A DNA stretch of 39,954 nt, from assembly GCA_964547425.1 (NCBI GenBank), contig CAZJNH010000001.1, forward strand, positions 71,295 through 111,248, in the 5' to 3' direction. Shown here one piece after another: positions 1 to 7,625 of this stretch. The position numbers were made by a program, and so were the translations under genes. Source of the DNA: an uncultured Candidatus Saccharibacteria bacterium (GTDB lineage: Bacteria; Patescibacteriota; Saccharimonadia; UBA4664; CAZJNH01). A model generated the notes under the pieces. It saw only the letters and a list, made by a program, of their open reading frames with translations. It had not been told where the DNA came from and did no database searches. Positions within the stretch are counted from its first letter, which is position 1, and each line of letters starts with the position of its first letter.

Positions 1-884
1 TCTGAAACCGGCAAATTACGGGCGGCGGCAAACTCTTTGGTGATTGGAACAAACCGGACCCCCAGGAATGGCCGGATGATTTTGCCGCTGCGTTTATAGC
101 TGTCGATCACCGGTTTGGCTTCGTTGATCGGGATAGCAAAACCGATGTTTTGAGCTCCTCCGGCGACAGCGGTGTTAATCCCAAGTACCCGCCCATCCAC
201 ATCAACTAATGGGCCCCCGGAGTTTCCCGGGTTAATCGCGGCGTCGGTCTGGAATAGGTTCTGCAACGATTCACTGGATCCCAACTCGTCCCCGGCCTCA
301 ATTGGCCGGCCCAGGCCTGAGATAATGCCGTCGGTAACTGTGTTTTCAAATTGGCCCAGAGCATTACCGATAGCAATTACTTTCTGACCGATCTCCGTTT
401 TCGAAGAGTCGCCTAGCTGAATCGCCTTAAGTCCTTTTGCGTCGATCTTTACCAAGGCCAGATCATTTGAAGGATCTCTGGCAACAACCTTACCTTTATG
501 CTGTTTGCCGTCATCGGTAAAGACCGTCACCGACTGCGTACCGGCAGGCACGACGTGTTTGTTGGTTAGAATCAGCCCGTCGGAGGTCACAATCATACCG
601 GTACCGGCGCCGCTGATTTCCTGGGCGCCAAAGAAACTGTCGGCGACTTCTCTGGTCGTAATACTAACTACACTTGGCGAAACCTTTTTGGCCGCCGCGA
701 CCACAGCCGAATTTTCCTGGACCACCAAAGCTTTGCTGGTGACCGACTGCGGCGCAAGATGCTGCCAAACCCAGCCGCCGGCCACTCCTCCGACCAACCC
801 GAAAAACAGTGCCATAATAACCAATTTCTCCACGATAGATCGGGACAAGCTCTGCTGGGTTGTTTGAGTCTGTTCGTCCGCCAT
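1..884 (-). CDS. htrA: HtrA/DegP-family trypsin-like serine protease (3' end outside window)
   Basis: Manual translation from ATG 884: N-terminal TM segment, ILTNKHVV (His), DLALVKI (Asp), QTDAAINPGNSGGPL (Ser). Absent from the ORF track because it is truncated. Confidence 0.93.
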   Translation of the reverse strand, partial: MADEQTQTTQQSLSRSIVEKLVIMALFFGLVGGVAGGWVWQHLAPQSVTSKALVVQENSAVVAAAKKVSPSVVSITTREVADSFFGAQEISGAGTGMIVTSDGLILTNKHVVPAGTQSVTVFTDDGKQHKGKVVARDPSNDLALVKIDAKGLKAIQLGDSSKTEIGQKVIAIGNALGQFENTVTDGIISGLGRPIEAGDELGSSESLQNLFQTDAAINPGNSGGPLVDVDGRVLGINTAVAGGAQNIGFAIPINEAKPVIDSYKRSGKIIRPFLGVRFVPITKEFAAARNLPVS

Positions 885-901
885 TGACCTTAAGTATACA
901 A

Positions 902-1675
902 CTAAATTGAGCCGCTCCACTTGGTGCCGACGGCGACTATAACGATCAAAAGCAAACCAATTAATAAGTACTCCGCCAGCCGCCAGCGCCCGAGTTTAGA
1001 GTCTTTGTGGGCCAGATAAATACTGGCAAAAACGTACCCCAATGCGGTAATTACCAAGGCCGCCTGCGGCAAAATCACCCAGCCGTTGTGCCAGATATAG
1101 TTAACCAGCCAGATCGAAAAAACATAGGCGCATTCGCAGGCAATTAACGCCCAGGCTGTGGCCAGCAGCGGCCGAGCCCTCTCTTCATATGGGTCGAGCA
1201 GCCAACTGGCGGAGGTGTAGGTAGCGGCGTACGTTAAAAGCAGCAACACAATTATTGGCCACCGCCAGACCGCACCGGCCAAGAAAATCGCCCAGAGACT
1301 AACAAACTGCAAAGCCCCGCTTGCCACCAGCCGGCCGGCGCCGGCCAATTCACTCGACAACGCCATTAAAACCGCCGCGTACCCCGCCGCTAAAACCACC
1401 GCCGTAATCCAGTTCGTCGCGAGCAGTATGACCAAACTAAAGCTAATCCCAAACAGCACGCGGACCGCTAGCAGCAATTTGCGTTTGTCAGCCCGAACGA
1501 GCTGATATAAGGCCGCCAGTAAAACTACTGCGCTGGCTAAAAGGCCCCATTTGGCATTGACCGGATGATCCTGGCTAACCCAGCCAAAATGGTCAATCCA
1601 CAGAATAATTGCCGGCACAATAACGGCCGAGCCGACCTGAGCAAAGCGACTAAAAATCTTAGATAGCGGCTTCAT
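902..1675 (-). CDS. Multi-pass membrane protein, unknown function
   Basis: 257-aa ORF with many hydrophobic segments; starts 2 nt after the LCP gene stop. Confidence 0.75.
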   Translation of the reverse strand: MKPLSKIFSRFAQVGSAVIVPAIILWIDHFGWVSQDHPVNAKWGLLASAVVLLAALYQLVRADKRKLLLAVRVLFGISFSLVILLATNWITAVVLAAGYAAVLMALSSELAGAGRLVASGALQFVSLWAIFLAGAVWRWPIIVLLLLTYAATYTSASWLLDPYEERARPLLATAWALIACECAYVFSIWLVNYIWHNGWVILPQAALVITALGYVFASIYLAHKDSKLGRWRLAEYLLIGLLLIVIVAVGTKWSGSI

Positions 1676-1677
1676 CG

Positions 1678-3075
1678 CTACAACTGGTAACTGGACCCGG
1701 CGATCACCACGATCTCGGCGGTTTCCCCGGCTGGTTTAGCGGCCTTGATCGCCTTCACTCCGAACCTCCGCTCCAGATAGTTGATGGTGTAAGGTTTCTT
1801 GCCGCCTGAATAATCGTAAATCACACTCGCGGTGTAGTTTTGCCGTTTGGCGGTGGTAGTAGAAACCACGTTGTAACCGTAGCCCTTGAGCAACCGGGTG
1901 ACCTCGGTAGCAAAACCACTGCGGTAGGTACCGTTTTGGACTTCTACCGTGGCATTTTCTTGCTTTATGAAGCTGTCCGGGAACAGTGTGTGAGTTAGAA
2001 TCCGGATGTCGATGTAGTTGTTCAGACCAGCCCGCGGAACCTCGATCGAACCGGCGCCGGCAATGTTGCCAAACATCAATAAACCTTCCGGCGTTGTGTC
2101 GAGCACTTTGCGGGGCGCGGCATTGCCGTCGATGTCTTTAACGATCGAGATCAGCTGCTTAAGGTCCGTAAACGATAGATCGGTCCGGATGTGGCCGCCA
2201 ACTGTGTCGATAAGTTCAGCTACTTTTTTGGGGTTGGTTAGGGTTCCGACCGAGAAAACCTTTTCCTTGAGAGCCACCAGGATTTTTTGCTGGCGGGCTG
2301 CCCGGTCGAAGTCGCTCGTCGTCTCGCGGGAACGGGCATACTTAAGCGCCAAATCGCCGTTCATATGCTGTCGCCCTGGAGCGATATTTAAAACTAGATA
2401 TCCATTGCGGTCGTCGGGATAGTAAGGATCGTAAAGCCGTTTATCGACGGTCACATCCACTCCGCCAACCTCGTCGATCGCTTTGCGGAAACCGTAAAAG
2501 TCCGCCCGGACATAATAGTGAATCGGCAGGTCGAGGATTTTTTCGACGGTGGCCTTAGCCAATGCCGGGCCGCCGCCTGGCAATTTAAGCTGCTCACCAT
2601 AGGCATGGGCGGCGTTGATTTTGGCGTAGCCGTATTTACCATTCTCACCAATTTGGACATACAGGTCCCGCGGTATCGACAGAGCCGCGGCCTGCTTGGT
2701 TTTGGGATCAATACTGACAACCATCATAGTGTCAGACAAAGTCCCGCCAGGATGGTTCTCCCCGCCAACACCAAGTAGCAAAATGTTAATCCGGCCGTCG
2801 CCCTCTTTGTGGAGGCGGTCAGGGCTAATATCCCCCGACAAAGCTGGGGCGCTGCTGGCGGTTGTGAACACTCGCCGCAGGGCAAGTAAGGTTTTGATAC
2901 CAAAGAATATACCTACAACGACCATCAAACCGGCAAGCACCAATAAAACCTTCTTCCAAAGTTTGAGGTGTTTAAACCGCTGCCTTAAAGTTTTTTTCTT
3001 CACTTCGGGGGCGCCTTCCATTTCGACTATTTCTTCGGTTGGTTGTTTGCGCCAGAACTTCAATCTCAATTTCAT
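1678..3075 (-). CDS. LCP (LytR-CpsA-Psr) family protein with C-terminal LytR_C domain
   Basis: INILLLG, SDTMMV, LSIPRDL, KINAAHAYG, ALKYARSR, DFDRAARQQ; C-terminal VEVQNGT. Start moved to ATG 3075 (TAAACT 8 nt upstream); the longer ORF overlaps lepB. Confidence 0.9.
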   Translation of the reverse strand: MKLRLKFWRKQPTEEIVEMEGAPEVKKKTLRQRFKHLKLWKKVLLVLAGLMVVVGIFFGIKTLLALRRVFTTASSAPALSGDISPDRLHKEGDGRINILLLGVGGENHPGGTLSDTMMVVSIDPKTKQAAALSIPRDLYVQIGENGKYGYAKINAAHAYGEQLKLPGGGPALAKATVEKILDLPIHYYVRADFYGFRKAIDEVGGVDVTVDKRLYDPYYPDDRNGYLVLNIAPGRQHMNGDLALKYARSRETTSDFDRAARQQKILVALKEKVFSVGTLTNPKKVAELIDTVGGHIRTDLSFTDLKQLISIVKDIDGNAAPRKVLDTTPEGLLMFGNIAGAGSIEVPRAGLNNYIDIRILTHTLFPDSFIKQENATVEVQNGTYRSGFATEVTRLLKGYGYNVVSTTTAKRQNYTASVIYDYSGGKKPYTINYLERRFGVKAIKAAKPAGETAEIVVIAGSSYQL

Positions 3076-3156
3076 ACCGCTTAAGTTTACACTAGATTCG
3101 GTTGCGTGATCTATGAGTTTAACCGAGAGAGTATTATACCGTATACTTGCAAAGGT

Positions 3157-3933
3157 ATGGAAAAAAAATCCGAGGCTACTCCCCCACACTCTGCGCCCAA
3201 AACTCCTCAGCAAGAAGCTGAGGCTTTGCTTGAGGTGCTGACCCACCCTAAAACCGAGCAAGACGCCGAGGCCGCCGAAGCTCCGGAAACACCGGCCGCC
3301 AAAACTATGTCGGTCGTCGGCAGCACCGCCAAACTGCTGTTTAGCTGGCTGATCACCCCGGCCGCAATCGTGTTGGTCCTGCACTTTTTTGTCTTCCAGG
3401 CCTACCAGGTAGTTGGCAGCAGTATGGTGCCGACTTTACACAACTCCGACTACCTGATTATTTCCAAGGTCGGCCCTACCTTCTCTAAACTCCGCGGCGG
3501 AGCCTCCAAACACGCATACTTTATTCCGAAGCGCGGGGAGATCGCGGTGTTTATTGCTCCGCCCAGCCCAACCCAAACCTTCGTTAAGCGGGTAGTTGGC
3601 CTACCCGGTGACCGAGTGGTGGTTAAAGACGGCAAGATCACGGTCTACGACAAAGCCCACCCCGAGGGGATCAATCCCGACGCGACCCACCAGGTCAGCG
3701 ACCCGATCACCCTGGGCAATGACGATCTCGTGGTTCCGCCCGGAAATCTCTATGTGGTTGGAGACAACCGTATTCCCGGCGCGTCGTTTGACTCGCGGGA
3801 CTGGGGGCTTTTGCCGGCCGAGAACATCATTGGCGTCGCGATCCTGCGCCTGCTCCCTATCTCCGACCTCCGCTTACTGGATATCAGCTTACCGCTGCCA
3901 CCCTTTCTCAATAGCTTCGCCCAGCTTCCGTAA
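3157..3933 (+). CDS. lepB: Signal peptidase I
   Basis: GSSMVPTL (Ser), FVKRVVGLPGD (Lys), VGDNR, SFDSRDWG. Confidence 0.95.
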   Translation: MEKKSEATPPHSAPKTPQQEAEALLEVLTHPKTEQDAEAAEAPETPAAKTMSVVGSTAKLLFSWLITPAAIVLVLHFFVFQAYQVVGSSMVPTLHNSDYLIISKVGPTFSKLRGGASKHAYFIPKRGEIAVFIAPPSPTQTFVKRVVGLPGDRVVVKDGKITVYDKAHPEGINPDATHQVSDPITLGNDDLVVPPGNLYVVGDNRIPGASFDSRDWGLLPAENIIGVAILRLLPISDLRLLDISLPLPPFLNSFAQLP

Positions 3934-4791
3934 CTCTTCTTCGGTCTGGAAATGAATTACCAGCCTTCCGCCGGCGGCGGTCGGTACAGTTTTGACTTTG
4001 TGGCCAATCAGCCGGCTTAACTTCTTGGAGATTTCATCTTCACCCTTAAACCCGGCGATCCGCTTCAGTCCGCCGGCCGCGTCACCTTTAGCTTGCTTGA
4101 GTCCCCGGGCAAACTCCTCGATCTGCCGAACCGTCCAGCTGTGCTTTAAGGTCAACGCCATCGCTTCCAGCTGCTTGGTCGAGTCGCCAACCATCAAAAT
4201 TACTCTTGCATGGCCCTCGCTCAATTTACCGCCGGCCACCGCCGCTTTTACCTGATCCGGCAATTCAAGCAGTCTTAAACTATTGTTGATTGTTGAACGG
4301 TCGCGGCCGATCCGTCGGGCGATCTCAGGCAAACTCAAATTAAACTGGTCGGCCAGTTTGCGGTAGGCGGTAGCGGTTTCGATCGGGTTTAGTTCTTCCC
4401 GCTGTAAGTTTTCGATTAAGGCCAGTTCCAGCTTTTGCTGTTCATCAAAACTGCGGACAATAGCCGGCACGGTCGTTAAAGCAATTTGCTTAGAAGCCCG
4501 CAGCCGGCGCTCGCCGGCGATCAGCTGATAGCGGCTCCCCGATTTGGTCAGCACCAAAGGCTGCAAGATACCATGGATTTTGATTGAATCGGATAACGCG
4601 TCCAGTTGGCGTTGGTCAAAACTTTGACGCGGTTGCTGCGGATTGGGGTCGATCTTATCCGCATCGATTTGGATTATCTCTTCGCCCACCCTCTGGCCGG
4701 ACCTATTTTTTTTGGCGGAAGGGTCATAACGCAGCTCGACCATTTCGGTCGGAATAACAGACATTAGCCCATCCTCTAATCCTCTCGGCAT
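3889..4791 (-). CDS. parB: ParB/Spo0J chromosome partitioning protein
   Basis: PNPQQPRQSF, GILQPL, IAGERRLRA, ALIENLQRE, HTH, LSEGHAR. Start taken at ATG 4791. Confidence 0.93.
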   Translation of the reverse strand: MPRGLEDGLMSVIPTEMVELRYDPSAKKNRSGQRVGEEIIQIDADKIDPNPQQPRQSFDQRQLDALSDSIKIHGILQPLVLTKSGSRYQLIAGERRLRASKQIALTTVPAIVRSFDEQQKLELALIENLQREELNPIETATAYRKLADQFNLSLPEIARRIGRDRSTINNSLRLLELPDQVKAAVAGGKLSEGHARVILMVGDSTKQLEAMALTLKHSWTVRQIEEFARGLKQAKGDAAGGLKRIAGFKGEDEISKKLSRLIGHKVKTVPTAAGGRLVIHFQTEEELRKLGEAIEKGWQR

Positions 4792-4846
4792 AACCAAAAA
4801 ACTCCCTTTCAAGAGTTAGTTTAGCACCATCACGCTTGTGTTTGAA

Positions 4847-4883
4847 CAAAAGAAAAGAGCCAGACGCGTCTGCGCCTGACTCT
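4847..4883 (-). terminator. Intrinsic terminator
   Basis: AGAGUCAGGCGC-agac-GCGUCUGGCUCU followed by UUUCUUUU. Confidence 0.75.
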
Positions 4884-5229
4884 CTTGTGCCCGGATGGGT
4901 GCCCTTTCCGGAATGTGAATTCGAGCGGGCTCACTCGACGAAAAAACTGGACTCGATGCCGGGCCGCAAGAAGACGTATCCGTAAGGCTCCGGAACGTTC
5001 TTGATTCGGCACCGAGCCAGCGGAGCGGTTGCTGTGCTCAACGGGCCGCGGGCGCGGCTGCAACCGATCCTGAAGAACTGAGCGAGCCAACTTAGTTGTC
5101 CGCCCCGACTTACCAACAAGCGGCTCGCTCAATACTTTACGAAGTAGTCATCCACTTCTACTTCGTGCTTTTCAAATACTGGAGGGGGCCGAAGCCCCCT
5201 GCCAGGTGTTTCGGGTGTGGATGGGGTGC
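4847..5229 (-). ncRNA. Candidate large structured non-coding RNA, family unknown
   Basis: Seven consecutive stem-loops plus a terminator; G-U wobbles and a c(UUCG)g loop favour the minus strand; upstream promoter-like sequence; no ORF with recognisable signals. Confidence 0.55.
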
Positions 5230-5234
5230 AACAC

Positions 5235-5270
5235 AAAATACCAAACTTGACCGCTTCGGTCAATGTTTGG
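5235..5270 (-). promoter_or_regulatory. Hairpin after rplU containing a sigma70-like promoter
   Basis: Inverted repeat CCAAAC-a-TTGACCG-aag-CGGTCAA-GTTTGG; TTGACC-17 nt-TATTTT on the minus strand. Confidence 0.5.
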
Positions 5271-5576
5271 TTACTTGGCGATGGATGTGATTTTGATCTG
5301 TGAGTATTTCTGTCGGTGCCCGGTCAGCTTCTTGACCCGTTTCTTGGACTTGAACTTCATAATCTTAATCTTGTCGCCCTTGGCTTCGCCCAGAATATCG
5401 GCCTTAACCTTTACTCCCTCAACCATCGGTTTACCGACTTGGATTTTGTCGCCGTCAATTAAAAGCAGCGGCGCGAACTCGGCCTTGTCTTTGCCAAGGT
5501 TCAATAATTCCACGTTTAAGGTCTGGCCAGCTTCGACCAGATACTGTTTGCCGCCTGTTTGTATAACTGCTTTCAC
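5271..5576 (-). CDS. rplU: 50S ribosomal protein L21
   Basis: AVIQTGGKQY ... GHRQKYSQIKI; GTG start. Confidence 0.97.
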   Translation of the reverse strand: MKAVIQTGGKQYLVEAGQTLNVELLNLGKDKAEFAPLLLIDGDKIQVGKPMVEGVKVKADILGEAKGDKIKIMKFKSKKRVKKLTGHRQKYSQIKITSIAK

Positions 5577-5585
5577 AATCCAGAC

Positions 5586-5614
5586 ATACTACCAAACCAC
5601 TCCATATCTGTAAA
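5586..5614 (-). promoter_or_regulatory. sigma70-like promoter of rplU
   Basis: TTTACA-17 nt-TAGTAT, 9 nt before the GTG. Confidence 0.6.
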
Positions 5615-5627
5615 GTAACGACGGTGT

Positions 5628-5666
5628 AAAGAAAAGAGGCTGCGTGAATGGATATCACGCAGCCTC
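5628..5666 (-). terminator. Intrinsic terminator of ORFan pair
   Basis: 12-bp perfect stem GAGGCTGCGTGA/TCACGCAGCCTC plus U-tract; overlaps the stop codon. Confidence 0.7.
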
Positions 5667-5972
5667 CGGGACAAAGAATCCCTCGATGTCCGACAGCATT
5701 TCGTCGGTCAACGTCTGGAACATAGGTGGCATCGAGAGTGGTTTGTTGAAATCTATGTAGGACCACTCCACCGCCCGCTTGATCAATCGATCGAAGTCCC
5801 TTCGCCAATCGCCACTAGCGATCGCCAGGTTGCGCAGTGACCGCAACCACAGCCAACTCGCGAACTGATCGACACTCACCTCCGATACAGCCACCGGCAC
5901 CTGGTAGCACCAGATGTAGGCGTGCATCAGCTCAAGCGCCTCTCGCGCATGCCACGAGCGCCAACGTCTCAT
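5655..5972 (-). CDS. Hypothetical protein (105 aa)
   Basis: AGGAGG SD before ATG 5972; ends in a terminator. Confidence 0.65.
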   Translation of the reverse strand: MRRWRSWHAREALELMHAYIWCYQVPVAVSEVSVDQFASWLWLRSLRNLAIASGDWRRDFDRLIKRAVEWSYIDFNKPLSMPPMFQTLTDEMLSDIEGFFVPEAA

Positions 5973-5982
5973 CTCTCGCCTC

Positions 5983-6405
5983 CTAGGCAGCTCGACGCAG
6001 ATCGACAGGAACTCCTGTCCAATCAACGTACAGGTCTCGCGCCGCGTCACGCACTTCCCGGAGCAGTTCGATCCGCTCTTCGGTGTAGTGCGGACGGTGA
6101 TTCCCAGAAACCGTTCGGCGCGGGATTGCCAGCAACTCGGTGGTCACGACTCGACAGGTAGCAAATGTGCCGAACCGGATGTAGTGCAACCCATCGCAAG
6201 TCCGGCGCCAGTCGCAACCATACGCCAAGCAGTGCGTATGGAGAAACTCCCGACAGATGTATCTGTCCTCCCACCGCCAGTCGTAGTACAGTGCTTCGAA
6301 GGTCAGTACTGCCTTGATTCGCTTGAAACCACGTTCTACGGCGATTTCGGCGAACTCGTGCTCGCTGAACAGGTTCGACTCAACGTCGTACCACTCTTTG
6401 CCCAT
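5983..6405 (-). CDS. Hypothetical protein (140 aa)
   Basis: AAGGGG SD-like sequence; upstream promoter TTGCCA-17-TAGTAT; stop abuts the SD of the next ORF. Confidence 0.65.
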   Translation of the reverse strand: MGKEWYDVESNLFSEHEFAEIAVERGFKRIKAVLTFEALYYDWRWEDRYICREFLHTHCLAYGCDWRRTCDGLHYIRFGTFATCRVVTTELLAIPRRTVSGNHRPHYTEERIELLREVRDAARDLYVDWTGVPVDLRRAA

Positions 6406-6465
6406 CCCGCACCCCTTTGTCTCGGTGCTTCGCCCTCCGCCAGCTGACGGATTCGAATGGCGAGA

Positions 6466-6494
6466 ATACTACACCTCTTTTACGCTTATGGCAA
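6466..6494 (-). promoter_or_regulatory. sigma70-like promoter
   Basis: TTGCCA-17 nt-TAGTAT immediately after the rodA stop. Confidence 0.6.
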
Positions 6495-6497
6495 TAG

Positions 6498-7607
6498 TTA
6501 GCGGCCGAATTGGATTTTGCGATGCCGGATGGCTATAGATTCGAGCAGACCGATGGAGATCAGGCCGACGATCAAGCTTGTGCCCCCGTAGGATACGAAA
6601 GGCAGTGGGATTCCGGTGACGGGCAACATTCCCAGGTTCATCCCGATATTAATGAAGACATGGATAAGCAGCATACTGGCAATCCCGACCGCCATCAGCA
6701 TGCCGAACCGGTCTTGGGCTTTGGCGGCGATCTGAAACGCCCTCAAAAACAGCAAGCCAAAAAGTATCAGCAGTAACATCCCCCCAATGAATCCTAATTT
6801 CTCGGCCACGACCGCGAAAATGAAGTCGGTGTGTTGGGAGGGCAAAAAGTTTAATTGGCTCTGCGTCCCCGCGCCCAGCCCCCGCCCTTTTAGCTGGCCA
6901 CTGCCGACCGCTATAGTTGCCTGCAGCACGTTGTAACCGCCTCTAAGTGGATCGGCGGTGGGATTTAAGAACGTCGCCAGCCGAGCCCGTTGGTATGGTT
7001 TCATTACTTTAATTGCCACCGGAATCATCGCCGCGCCAATCCCTAGAAGCGCCAAAAAGTGGCTAGCCTTAACCCGGCTAACGAGCACCATGACCGTCCA
7101 AATAACCGCATAAACGATCGCCGTACCAAGATCCGGCTGGATCAAAACTAAGCCGGCCGGGATTAGAACATAGACAAGCGATAGCACTAAGTTTTTCGGC
7201 CGGTCCATTTCGTCGTAGTGGCTCGACAAGAACTTAGCCAGAACTATGATGACGACGATTTTCGACAGTTCCGACGGCTGAAATTGGAAGAATCCCAGGT
7301 TAATCCAGCGAGTCGCGCCCAAAGCCGAATGACCGCGGACCGATACCCAACCGAGCAAAACCAGCATTATGCCGTAAAGCCAGCGGCTGAATTTACCCCA
7401 GACGCGGTAGTCAGTTAGGGCAGCTCCGAACAGCGCTCCGGCTCCGAGAATTGTAAAGATAATCTGGTTACGAACGTCGACCGGGACCGTCACGCCCTCA
7501 GCCTTGAAGCCAAGCGAATACAAAACGATTAGCCCGACGCTAACTAACAGCGCCGCTAGAGCAAACAGCCACCAGTCAAAATTCCGCCAAACTCTCGCAT
7601 TAAACAT
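6498..7607 (-). CDS. rodA: SEDS peptidoglycan polymerase RodA
   Basis: GATRWI, FQPSELSK, QPDLGT, HTDFIF, PVTGIPLPFVSYGG. Confidence 0.93.
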   Translation of the reverse strand: MFNARVWRNFDWWLFALAALLVSVGLIVLYSLGFKAEGVTVPVDVRNQIIFTILGAGALFGAALTDYRVWGKFSRWLYGIMLVLLGWVSVRGHSALGATRWINLGFFQFQPSELSKIVVIIVLAKFLSSHYDEMDRPKNLVLSLVYVLIPAGLVLIQPDLGTAIVYAVIWTVMVLVSRVKASHFLALLGIGAAMIPVAIKVMKPYQRARLATFLNPTADPLRGGYNVLQATIAVGSGQLKGRGLGAGTQSQLNFLPSQHTDFIFAVVAEKLGFIGGMLLLILFGLLFLRAFQIAAKAQDRFGMLMAVGIASMLLIHVFINIGMNLGMLPVTGIPLPFVSYGGTSLIVGLISIGLLESIAIRHRKIQFGR

Positions 7608-7625
7608 TCCAGATCAGTATAGCAA

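Noticed and set aside
3076-3384. N-terminal extension of the LCP ORF
   Set aside because: It overlaps lepB on the opposite strand; a better start lies at 3075.
4830-5132. ORFs 4830-5132 and 4931-5119 within the structured region
   Set aside because: No SD or adjacent -10; the longer ORF runs through the terminator; the dense pairing is better explained as RNA structure. Not strictly excluded.
4847-5229. Identification as RNase P RNA, tmRNA, SRP or 6S RNA
   Set aside because: Conserved hallmarks and end-to-end pairing were not found by eye; a highly divergent version needs cmscan to exclude.
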